Positions 1 to 9,091 of a stretch of 64,000 nt of DNA are shown here, one piece after another; positions within the stretch are counted from its first letter, which is position 1, and every line of letters starts with the position of its first letter. Below the pieces are notes generated by a model, which was not told the origin of the DNA, ran no database searches, and saw only the letters and a list, made by a program, of their open reading frames with translations. Source of the DNA: a bacterium (GTDB lineage Bacteria > Patescibacteriota > Microgenomatia > UBA8517); the NCBI GenBank assembly GCA_030583725.1, contig CP129472.1, positions 755,096 through 819,095 on the forward strand, in the 5' to 3' direction. The position numbers and the translations under genes are program-made.

Positions 1-127
1 ACTTCAGCCATTGATTCGCCTCTAAAAATCACGTTACCGTATGCATTTCTGGCAATGTGCATAATTTTATCTCCATTTTGTGATAGTGAGAATTCGTATT
101 TTTTATATATCATATTAATTTTTTAGA

Positions 128-2566
128 TTATGTAAAGATTGTATCACCTGATCTAATGACAGAAATGTTTGTTGGGTTTGCACCAACAACACTTGAGTCC
201 TGTTCAAAAGGTAAGATATTACCGGCATTTCTGACTCTGGCTCTAATAAAGATATCAGGGTCAGTTGTACTATGAGTAATGGTTACAGACTCGGTTCCTG
301 GTGTTCCTGATGAGCCTGTAGTTTCATAAACATCTATAAATGGAACATACCAAGTATCTTGTGGTGAAGTGGTTGTGGCAACTGGGAGTGTGTTTATTTC
401 ATAAGTGCTACCAGTTGTAAAACCTGCAATTGCTGGAAAAATAGTAACTTGGTTTGCACTTGTAACTTCCGTTATGTATGAAATTCCGGCAGGTGAAACA
501 CCCCTTATGAGGTCACCAACTTTGGCATTAGTGAATACACCAGAGTCAACAATCGTTGTGGTGTTTGATGTTGCATCTGCTGTTAAGCCTGTTGACGAAG
601 CTAGTGTAAACGTTGATCCTGTGTAGCTTGAATATCTCATTCTAAATTCAGTATTTGCTGAAGTATCAACAAGTCTAATTGTTCCACCAGTTGATTTACC
701 TGGAGTATCTGCCGTAATTGTTGCCCCCATTACTGCAGTTGTTGCCCCTGCTGACTGAACTGTTGCGTTGTATTCCGTTTTATCAATATCTCCACCCGAG
801 CCTGTTAATCTAAAGACTGCAATTTTATCTCCCTCTCTAGTGTTACTGACTGTAACAGTGGCTTTAGTAGGTGCGACACGCACAATACCATTGTCGTCAA
901 CAAGTTGAAAATTGTTAGCATCTGCCGTCAAATAATCTTCCAAAACTACTCCTGGTGCACAGAAGAACTTACCACCAGCGAATGTCCCAAATGGCGCTGA
1001 GGCAATAGGTGTAACTGCTGTTGCTGAACCATCTATTTCTACAGTTCCTGCTTGTGAACCTGTTAGGGTGTGGGTGGTTGCATGTGTTGCAAATGTTCCA
1101 CGACAGTTTCTAAGTGTAATGATTTTATCTGTGGTATTAATATTGACAATTGTACCTGTAGCACCTGATGTCTCTTGGGTAACAGTATCACCATCAACTA
1201 ATGTACCAGTTACAGAACCAGTGTAAACTAAACGATAGTCGGATCCGATATAGAACTGTCCCTGCACTCCGTCAGTTGTGGTAGTTCCTGTTTCTCCACG
1301 TCTGGTTGAATATTTACTAAATTGATAGACGTCTGCAAGTCCGTTTTGGTTACAGTCTATGACAATTGAGTAGTTTTCAGGTGTTCCATTTTCGTCAATA
1401 TCATATGATCCACCGGTTGCCAAGCCACCGTGGACAATTGTTGGTGGGCTAGCAAGGTCTGCAGGACCATAAACAGACGAGGAACCATCGATACTTCCAG
1501 TTTTTCCACCAGTTGCTGTAAAACCCTCATTGTTTGAAAGATCGGTGATAGGGTCACCAATTAAATAATATTCAAATGTTCCCGTCGCTGCAGCAGCACC
1601 CACTGATACTGAAGTGACAACGGCACGGGCAACACTGGAAATTGTCAACACATCACCAGCAGCTAGTGTTGATCCGTTTCCGCCATCAAAGTTAATTTGC
1701 TTATAACCTGTTTGGTTATCTAAATCATTACCTGTCTGAAGAGGAATAGGGTTACGACCTCCGTTAGTTAAGTCCACACTGTAATACGAGTATGACTTAC
1801 TATATTGTCTAGCAAAAACCAAGATATATCCCTCATCTGTTTCAACACCCAATTCTTTAACATTAATTAAAATATCAATGTGTCCATCGCCCCACCAGTC
1901 TGTTGAGCCCTTGTAGGCTACCAGATTTGCACTGTTCTGGTTAATATAAATATGGGTATTACTCTCGATTGTACCAAGTGTGTAAATATTACTCCAAAGC
2001 GATTCACCAGCAGAAACAGAGGCAGATGATTGAGTTGCAGTATGGGCATTACAAGTGATTGTTCCAGATGTTGAATCCCAGTCATTGGCGGATGCAAAAC
2101 TGTCAGGTCTAATCCAAAGAATACTTCCAGCTCCTGTTCCTTTAACATCTAAAAGTGTTCCGGCATCACCATCTGCGTGTGTTATATCAAGGCCAATGTC
2201 ACCCGCAACTATGTCAGTGTTATTGCATATAACTTTGACAATACCAACATTTGAACCCGTGACTCTATCCCAGTTTGCAGTTTTTAAAGCACCACCTGTT
2301 AAATGTTCAACTGTCGTGCGGTCTATAAACCATGGATCTTTGGCTCCAGAGTCAATAATTCCAATTGTGTACTCAGTAGGGGTCTGTGCCGACATTGGGA
2401 CACCATCGTCCATTTGGGTTAGTTCGTCAAAGAGATCTTGAAGGGCAGAATATAACTCGTTTACTGTACGAGTTCCTGTTGCTGAACCAGTCCATTCTAT
2501 GCGTTTTTGCCTGTTTTCTACGCCATAATAGACTGTAAAATCTCCACTTAAAATAGTATCTGCCAT
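128..2566 (-). CDS. Large (812 aa) Thr/Gly/Ser-rich protein, probable beta-helix/adhesin-like or fibre-like surface protein; no N-terminal signal peptide visible
   Basis: Uninterrupted 812-aa ORF; strongly T/G/S-biased composition with repetitive beta-strand-like segments; no recognisable catalytic motif. Confidence 0.5.
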   Translation of the reverse strand: MADTILSGDFTVYYGVENRQKRIEWTGSATGTRTVNELYSALQDLFDELTQMDDGVPMSAQTPTEYTIGIIDSGAKDPWFIDRTTVEHLTGGALKTANWDRVTGSNVGIVKVICNNTDIVAGDIGLDITHADGDAGTLLDVKGTGAGSILWIRPDSFASANDWDSTSGTITCNAHTATQSSASVSAGESLWSNIYTLGTIESNTHIYINQNSANLVAYKGSTDWWGDGHIDILINVKELGVETDEGYILVFARQYSKSYSYYSVDLTNGGRNPIPLQTGNDLDNQTGYKQINFDGGNGSTLAAGDVLTISSVARAVVTSVSVGAAAATGTFEYYLIGDPITDLSNNEGFTATGGKTGSIDGSSSVYGPADLASPPTIVHGGLATGGSYDIDENGTPENYSIVIDCNQNGLADVYQFSKYSTRRGETGTTTTDGVQGQFYIGSDYRLVYTGSVTGTLVDGDTVTQETSGATGTIVNINTTDKIITLRNCRGTFATHATTHTLTGSQAGTVEIDGSATAVTPIASAPFGTFAGGKFFCAPGVVLEDYLTADANNFQLVDDNGIVRVAPTKATVTVSNTREGDKIAVFRLTGSGGDIDKTEYNATVQSAGATTAVMGATITADTPGKSTGGTIRLVDTSANTEFRMRYSSYTGSTFTLASSTGLTADATSNTTTIVDSGVFTNAKVGDLIRGVSPAGISYITEVTSANQVTIFPAIAGFTTGSTYEINTLPVATTTSPQDTWYVPFIDVYETTGSSGTPGTESVTITHSTTDPDIFIRARVRNAGNILPFEQDSSVVGANPTNISVIRSGDTIFT

Positions 2567-2699
2567 ACGTTAATAACTAGTTTACTCTATTTAGTCTATG
2601 CCTTGTCAACTGACATTAACTGTATCAAATAAGTCGGAATTGATACATTTAGTCGCTAAAAGTTGTAGTTTAAAAAATTTACGTTCAAATAGAGCTGTT

Positions 2700-3173
2700 T
2701 TAGGGGTTTAAAACAGAAGACTTTGGAGAGTCAGTTTCAACCTTGAGTTCAGTCCCTGTTTGGGGTATTAAAAAGTTGTATATAGCAAGTAAAATGTAAA
2801 CAATGATGGGTATTAAAAGTAAAACTCCAGCATAGGAAATTGCCAAAGTCCAAAGTACTGGGGTAACAGTAGAACTGGTTGCCAAAATTTGAAATGCATA
2901 TATTTCTGCGACAAATCCTAAAACTAAAGAAATTAAAGCTTTTTTAAGATACTGACGTTCCATAATAGAAAGTATTAAGGTCACAGAGAGCATAATAGCA
3001 ACGGATCTGATAACAACTGCAACAAAAGTCATAGGATAAAGCTTGAAATAACTCTCTCTTAAAAAGAAAAGGGGACTGGTGACTACTAAATTTAAACTTC
3101 CTGCAAAGTAATCAAGCGCATATGCAACTATAAAAAGACCAAGTGTGATTACGAAAACTACTTCCTTTTTCAT
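2700..3173 (-). CDS. Small polytopic integral membrane protein (about 5 TM segments), function unknown
   Basis: 157-aa ORF, hydrophobic helices throughout. Confidence 0.45.
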   Translation of the reverse strand: MKKEVVFVITLGLFIVAYALDYFAGSLNLVVTSPLFFLRESYFKLYPMTFVAVVIRSVAIMLSVTLILSIMERQYLKKALISLVLGFVAEIYAFQILATSSTVTPVLWTLAISYAGVLLLIPIIVYILLAIYNFLIPQTGTELKVETDSPKSSVLNP

Positions 3174-3247
3174 ATTTACAATATAATCTATGAAGTCCCG
3201 TTTGTCTACTTGACAAATATTATATTAATAGTTATACTTTTAGTATA

Positions 3248-4489
3248 ATGCAGTTATATAAAAGAAAGGTTTTTGATAAAATTGAGCCCTACATAGGTGA
3301 TGAGACAGTAATTGTGCTTCATGGGGCAAGGCAGGTGGGTAAAACCCATATTTTGTATTATTTACGCGAATGGCTTAACATAAAAACTAAAAAGAATTTT
3401 TATTATGATCTGGAATACCCTGAATTATTAGAATTTTTTAATAAAGGTGCTGATTCTTTGATCTCTAAAATTACAGATGAAGGGTATAAAAAGGGTGAAG
3501 ATTGTTATGTGTTGATAGATGAAATACAGTATTTAGATAATCCAAGTTCGTTTTTAAAAATTATTGCTGATCATTATAAAAATATTCATCTTATTGTTTC
3601 AGGTTCATCTACATTTGAAATTAAATCAAAATTCAAAAACTCACTTGCGGGGAGAACTGTTTCTTTTGAAGTTTTTCCATTGGATTTTGAGGAATACTTA
3701 GAATTTTTAGGAGTTAATATAAAAATAACAGACCCATTATCTGAAATTACTACAGAAAAACTAAAAGAATTATATTTCAAATTTATAAAATATGGCGGTT
3801 ATCCAAAAGTTGTGCTTGAAAATGATGAAGAAAAGAAAAAACAGTTGTTATTACAGCTAATCGATACCTACATCAGAAAAGACATAAAAGACCTTGCAAA
3901 TATTAGTGATATTAAGAAATTTAACAATATGTTAAAAGTATTAGCTTCACAGTCTGGGCAACTATTGGATATGCAGTCACTTTCTCGAGAAATTGAGATA
4001 TCCTTAATTACGCTCAAGAAATATATCTCAATATTAGAAGAAACTTATGTTATTAAACTTGTTTCCCCATATAGTAAAAGTGCAAGTGTTGAAATAACTA
4101 AAACACCGAAGCTATTTTTCTATGATAGCGGTTTGCAGTCTATTTTATGGATGAACAATTTCCAAGATGTTGTTTTAGGTTCTGTTTTTGAAACAAACAT
4201 CTTTGGGGAACTATCTAAGGTATTTGATAGAAAAGATATTTCATTTTGGAGAACTAAAACTCACATGGAAATAGATTTTGTTATTGAAAAAAACATGGAT
4301 CCATACATACCAATCGAAGTAAAATTAAATTTTGGCAATTTCAACCAGAGAGCAATTAATACTTTTAATAAAAAATACAAACTTAATAGTTGGAAAATGA
4401 TTGGATTAAATGGTAAAAAAATAAATAGTAGCTTTATTTATCCGAAGGAAAATTTTATTTATCCTTGGGAGATTAAAACGCTAGTATAA
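3248..4489 (+). CDS. AAA+ superfamily ATPase of the DUF4143/archaeal-ATPase-like family
   Basis: Walker A GARQVGKT near N-terminus, Walker B-like VLIDEIQY, length about 410 aa typical of this family. Confidence 0.7.
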   Translation: MQLYKRKVFDKIEPYIGDETVIVLHGARQVGKTHILYYLREWLNIKTKKNFYYDLEYPELLEFFNKGADSLISKITDEGYKKGEDCYVLIDEIQYLDNPSSFLKIIADHYKNIHLIVSGSSTFEIKSKFKNSLAGRTVSFEVFPLDFEEYLEFLGVNIKITDPLSEITTEKLKELYFKFIKYGGYPKVVLENDEEKKKQLLLQLIDTYIRKDIKDLANISDIKKFNNMLKVLASQSGQLLDMQSLSREIEISLITLKKYISILEETYVIKLVSPYSKSASVEITKTPKLFFYDSGLQSILWMNNFQDVVLGSVFETNIFGELSKVFDRKDISFWRTKTHMEIDFVIEKNMDPYIPIEVKLNFGNFNQRAINTFNKKYKLNSWKMIGLNGKKINSSFIYPKENFIYPWEIKTLV

Positions 4490-4501
4490 TTAATTTTCAT
4501 T

Positions 4502-6826
4502 TTAAACTGTCGTGTCTTCAATCATTGAAATGGTTGTTGAGAAACCAGATGAAGTAATTGTTCCGACAGTTGAAGCGGGGTAATATCTTGTAGTATCACC
4601 ACCTGACGATTTTCTTACCCTAATATAAACGTCAGTATTGCCTGTGTAATTGTAGCTTTCTGTTGCAATTCCACTTGCGTTTGTATCTTCATTCATAAGC
4701 TGTAAGTCATCGCTGGTTCTATAAATTGCAGTTTGTGCGTTTTCAATTGGATTATTACTACCGTCAATAACTGTTATTGACAGAGTAACGGCATTTTGCA
4801 CTATTACTGTAGCTCCTGCCGTTCGGATTGAGGGTGTAGAACCCCCCCCAATAATACTGACCGTCATACTACCACTTGCAATATTTACATAAATAGCCTC
4901 GTTTCCAGTACTTCCATTTGTTTCTGCATAACCTGTAAATGTAACTCCAGTAAGTGTCATATCAGTTGCAGTTCCACTTATTTCAATGGCGTGTTGCGTC
5001 CCAGTGGTTTTTGTAAAGGTTGAATTTGAAACATTATCAGCATCTCCAGGCGAAGCAGAAGTAACTTTAGTATTGTAAAATTCACAATCGATTAAAGTTG
5101 CGCTGTTCTGCGTGAAGCTCGGACAATCTATAAAGACCATGCCGTTCAATGTGACAGTTGAGCGCAGGGTGACATTTGCGCCAATAACAGAAGTACCAGA
5201 GAAATCTATGTCCGCAGATGCGCTGTGACTCGCATTGAAGCGCCAGTAGTACGGAGTGTCCCGCGTGAATACGCAGTTAGTGAAGTGAATGTAATCGTCT
5301 GACCCTGTACCGTAGAACTCTATACCCAACTTGCTGTCATCTACATGACAATCCACATAACCGTTTGCTGGATCGGCTTGTCTAGACCATTGAAATGTTC
5401 GAAGGTTAATCTCTATTCCGATTTTTTCATTACCACCTATCTGGAGAGGTATCCAGACTGATACAGCAGAACCACTTTGGTTAAGTACGGGGATATATCC
5501 ACAACCACCGTTTACTGCAAAAATCAGATCATCGAATCTAAATGGGATGGTTGAAGAACCGCCCGCTAGAATTGCAGTACGCAACTCCCAGAGTTCATTC
5601 CACAGAATTGCTGGGGCTCCATAATAACCTGAGGAACCAAATTGCACGAGATCAAGTGACGCGAAGTTTGGTGTTCCTGCCGAACTATACTGACTTGTGG
5701 AATATGAGGGTTGTACAAGCCAGTTCACGCGAGCGTTTGGTGTGTCTGTTTTACTAAACTGGCCTCCTACGACCCATGCGCGCCAGTTGGATGTGTCCGA
5801 TCCAGCAAGAAAATATTTACCACCACGAGCCACTGTTCCCGAATCAAGATAATCACGCGGAGCGAGATGAAGGAATGTTCCAAAAATGAGATCACCTGTC
5901 GTTACATCTTGTGTCGCGGTCATATTAATTTCTATGGCATTGAGGGCAGTTGTGCTTGATGCTCCCGCATTTCTCGCTGAACCACGGAATGGGTTATATC
6001 CGGAGTCAGCCGTGGTAGTAATAGCTATCCCAGAAACTGTTTTGCCTGCAACGGAGGTGATGGTATTACTGCCCACCGCCGCATAAGTCCCACGGTCAAT
6101 AGCCCCTGTTGTACCTACAAGTGGAGAAATAAGAACAGACGGTACGACATCGAGCGGAATATAGGGTGGTATGCTTGTACCACTTGATCCATCTCTTACC
6201 TCCACCATACCCGCTTTACCATCATCCTGACCTCCACTCCACATACTTGGTGCTGACACTGTTGTTGATGTTGTAGGTTCAAATGAGTATGCTACACAAC
6301 TCCCGCCGTTTGCCGCATCACCGACAAATATGTTAACCCATGGTGGTAAATGTGAGGTGCCTATAGTAGTATCCGAAAAGCGGTGGGAAAATAAAAGCGC
6401 ATTTGCTTGTGATGTGGTTATATTAACACCGGTAAAGGGCAAGGTACTACTTGTGGCGCCATATGCTGTTGAGTTGGGAACAGCGTCGGCAACCGTTGTA
6501 CCATACACATCTCTGATAGAAATGACAGTGCCAACACACGTGTCAATAGCAAGTGGGAAAGTCACGTTTTCGGAAGAAGAAGTTGCCCGCAGCGCATAAA
6601 CTCCACCACCAGCACCGGTACTGGTAGATGACCGGATCAGTGTCCAGTTGCTTGAAGAAACAGGGGTGCCGACAGAGGTGCTTGGAGTTGTGAATGTAGC
6701 AGTACCGTCTTTCCCAACGAACGCTAGAAGTAAATCTCCCGCCTCATGCACGGGCATATCCATAACCATGTTCGCGGTAGTCGCCGCTGCGTAAATTGTT
6801 GTTGCGTAGTCACGAATTCTAGCCAT
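4502..6826 (-). CDS. Large (774 aa) Thr/Ser/Gly-rich beta-helix-like protein, paralog of the 9092-11413 gene
   Basis: C-terminal ~150 aa nearly identical to the 9092-11413 product (GSTGNEAIYVNIASG...PIENAQTA...LMNEDTNASGIATE...IRVRK), shared central parallel-beta-helix-like repeats (CPSFTQNSA..DCEF.N.K.TSA..GD.DN.SN.TF) and shared N-terminal motif M-x-x-IRD...DLL-A. Confidence 0.55.
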   Translation of the reverse strand: MARIRDYATTIYAAATTANMVMDMPVHEAGDLLLAFVGKDGTATFTTPSTSVGTPVSSSNWTLIRSSTSTGAGGGVYALRATSSSENVTFPLAIDTCVGTVISIRDVYGTTVADAVPNSTAYGATSSTLPFTGVNITTSQANALLFSHRFSDTTIGTSHLPPWVNIFVGDAANGGSCVAYSFEPTTSTTVSAPSMWSGGQDDGKAGMVEVRDGSSGTSIPPYIPLDVVPSVLISPLVGTTGAIDRGTYAAVGSNTITSVAGKTVSGIAITTTADSGYNPFRGSARNAGASSTTALNAIEINMTATQDVTTGDLIFGTFLHLAPRDYLDSGTVARGGKYFLAGSDTSNWRAWVVGGQFSKTDTPNARVNWLVQPSYSTSQYSSAGTPNFASLDLVQFGSSGYYGAPAILWNELWELRTAILAGGSSTIPFRFDDLIFAVNGGCGYIPVLNQSGSAVSVWIPLQIGGNEKIGIEINLRTFQWSRQADPANGYVDCHVDDSKLGIEFYGTGSDDYIHFTNCVFTRDTPYYWRFNASHSASADIDFSGTSVIGANVTLRSTVTLNGMVFIDCPSFTQNSATLIDCEFYNTKVTSASPGDADNVSNSTFTKTTGTQHAIEISGTATDMTLTGVTFTGYAETNGSTGNEAIYVNIASGSMTVSIIGGGSTPSIRTAGATVIVQNAVTLSITVIDGSNNPIENAQTAIYRTSDDLQLMNEDTNASGIATESYNYTGNTDVYIRVRKSSGGDTTRYYPASTVGTITSSGFSTTISMIEDTTV

Positions 6827-6949
6827 AGGTCCCCCCTAAGAGATTCTTAAAAATACTTTTGATACATTGGCTATTTACGTTTATGATAAATGTCAAAAAC
6901 GATTCTTCTGAAGGTGTTACAATAACTGATTTAATTTTTCTACCATTTA

Positions 6950-7315
6950 TCATTTTTTGATATTTTTAATTGCTCTTTTGACAAGTTGATCAAGATCTAG
7001 GTCACTTTTAACAATATAATCAGTTGCTCCTCTTGTTCCGTCTTCTGATTCAGTTAAATTTGAGGCAACAATAACGGGTATATTTGCAAGTTTGTTGTCA
7101 TCTTTGACCCTTCTTAAAAATTCGTAACCATCAATTCCTGGAAGTAAAATATCAAGAATAATAACATCAGGCAGCCACTCGTTAAGTATGACCAACCCCT
7201 CTTCTGCGGTTCTGACTGTTTTTACCAAGAAATTAGATTCTTCAAATTTATATTTCATTGCCTTGTTTATAAATTTGTCGTCTTCTATAATTAATACTCT
7301 TTTTTTCATATTCAA
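6950..7315 (-). CDS. Stand-alone response regulator receiver (CheY-like) domain protein
   Basis: 121 aa; acidic pocket (IIEDD), phospho-acceptor Asp in VIILDILLPG, conserved T and K positions. Confidence 0.85.
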   Translation of the reverse strand: MNMKKRVLIIEDDKFINKAMKYKFEESNFLVKTVRTAEEGLVILNEWLPDVIILDILLPGIDGYEFLRRVKDDNKLANIPVIVASNLTESEDGTRGATDYIVKSDLDLDQLVKRAIKNIKK

Positions 7316-7366
7316 ATAAATTAATTGGTTATTTTAATTAACACCTTTTTCTTTTTAACCATATAT

Positions 7367-8968
7367 TTATCTTAGTGGAATTGACACTAAAACTAAAGTT
7401 CCAGTTTTAGTGTTACCTAATTTAATATCGCCTCCGTGGGCTTTAATAATTAGTTTTGATAGGTAAAGCCCCAGTCCTGCACCTTCAGTATCAACCATTT
7501 TTGCATTTGTTGCTCTTGAAAACTTGGCAAAAATATTATCTCTTTCATTGACGGGTATTCCTATACCATCGTCTTTTATTTTAATTACTATACTATTATT
7601 TGATTTATTGATGTTAATCTTTGCAAGCCCTTCTTTGCTAGAATATTTAAAAGCGTTGTGAATTATGTTATATATTGCTTGAAAGAAAAGTTTTTCATCT
7701 ACTTCTAATTTATATATTTTAGCTTGACTTACTAAGTCATATTTTATGTTTTTACTATTAAACTCCTTACTGATTTGTTTTAACGTATCAGTTACTATTT
7801 GGTTAAGATTTACCTCTTTTTTATCAAGTTCTATCTTGTCATTTTCAAGCTTAGTGATATTTAAGACGTTTCCTATCAGTTCAATCATTCTTTTAACTGA
7901 TATGTGAGTATCTTTAAGTATTCTTCTTTGCCTTGAGTTTAGCTTGTTCTTAGAATCTTTAAGTAATATTTCTGTAAACCATTTTATAGAAGTTGCAGGG
8001 GTTCTTATTTGATGAGAAATTAAAGAAATAAAGTCTTTTCTTAAACTGTCAAGTTGATTTAGTTTATCTATAGTTTTTTCAATTAGTGAGTTTCCAATAA
8101 AAAGGCCGATTATGAGAGAAAATGCGGTAATTACAACTGAAATTAATATGTTTTTTATAAACTCTATCTGTATTTCTTTTGCGATGTCGCCTTTAGACTT
8201 ACTGGCCACAATGTATAGACCTTGATCATTTCCTCTAAATATCTCCTTATAAGCATATATTCTTGGTTTACTATCGATCCCTGTCGTTTCTATAAGACCT
8301 TCGTCTTCGTTAAGTAAGCTTAATAGGGGGTCGTTTGGAAATTCTTTTCCAATCAAATTTTCAGTTTCAGGTATTCTCGCTAGAACTACACCTTTTTTAT
8401 CAAGAACTGTAACAACTACGTTCTTATCTATTTCAAGATTTGAGATGAGCTCATCTAGCCAGTCGAGATTTAATGTGGCAAATACAACACCACCTCCACT
8501 GTTTAAAAGTGGATAGCCGAAATTAATACTGGCTTTGTTGGTTGACCTACTTATTACATATTCACCAATACTATAATCCTTGGTTTCAATTGCTTTTTTG
8601 AAAAAAACTCTATCGGAATGATTTATATCTCCATCTGTTTCTATAGCAGAACAGATAAGATTTCCTCTTATGTCAGTCACTCCAAAATTTCCGTATCTAC
8701 GGTATTTTGAAAGGAGCTCGGATAAGTAGGTTGCACACTTATAATCCTTACTCATTACTTCTGGTACTACTGAAAGTGATATTAACAACTGCCTTGCTGA
8801 CTCAACAATCTGAATATTTTCGGATGCCACTATTTGAGTGACATTACTGATATCTTTTTTTGCCTCACTTTCAGATTTTTTATAGCTAGTTACGTTTAAA
8901 TAGATGACAAATAAAAAGATTGGTATTAAGGTTAAGGTGTTTAATAAAAATATTTTTTTCCTAATCAT
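7367..8968 (-). CDS. Sensor histidine kinase with N-terminal TM, ~230-aa extracytoplasmic sensor domain, second TM, HisKA and HATPase_c
   Basis: H-box SHQIRTPATSI, N-box IIHNAFKYS, G-boxes DDGIGIP and GAGLGLYLSK; two hydrophobic helices bracket the sensor domain. Confidence 0.85.
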   Translation of the reverse strand: MIRKKIFLLNTLTLIPIFLFVIYLNVTSYKKSESEAKKDISNVTQIVASENIQIVESARQLLISLSVVPEVMSKDYKCATYLSELLSKYRRYGNFGVTDIRGNLICSAIETDGDINHSDRVFFKKAIETKDYSIGEYVISRSTNKASINFGYPLLNSGGGVVFATLNLDWLDELISNLEIDKNVVVTVLDKKGVVLARIPETENLIGKEFPNDPLLSLLNEDEGLIETTGIDSKPRIYAYKEIFRGNDQGLYIVASKSKGDIAKEIQIEFIKNILISVVITAFSLIIGLFIGNSLIEKTIDKLNQLDSLRKDFISLISHQIRTPATSIKWFTEILLKDSKNKLNSRQRRILKDTHISVKRMIELIGNVLNITKLENDKIELDKKEVNLNQIVTDTLKQISKEFNSKNIKYDLVSQAKIYKLEVDEKLFFQAIYNIIHNAFKYSSKEGLAKININKSNNSIVIKIKDDGIGIPVNERDNIFAKFSRATNAKMVDTEGAGLGLYLSKLIIKAHGGDIKLGNTKTGTLVLVSIPLR

Positions 8969-9091
8969 TTATATTTACTATAGTACTTTAAATAACACCA
9001 TTAGTCTGTAGAGTCGTCATGAGCGAATATTCATTTGATGGTTCAATTTAAGTTTATGCTAAATGATATTCCAAATACTTTGAGTTGTCTA

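Noticed and set aside
1-115. Possible partial gene at the left window edge (either strand)
   Set aside because: It is too short and ambiguous. A plus-frame ORF end at ~115 and a minus-strand ATG at ~73 are both conceivable, so no call is made.
405-2441. Small ORFs (73-128 aa) nested in or antisense to the 812-aa gene (405-626, 1357-1560, 1918-2148, 2055-2441)
   Set aside because: They are embedded within a long high-confidence ORF and have low-complexity translations typical of antisense frames in T/G/S-rich genes.
5542-6599. Plus-strand small ORFs inside the 774-aa minus-strand gene
   Set aside because: Same reasoning: nested antisense ORFs without start context or domain signal.
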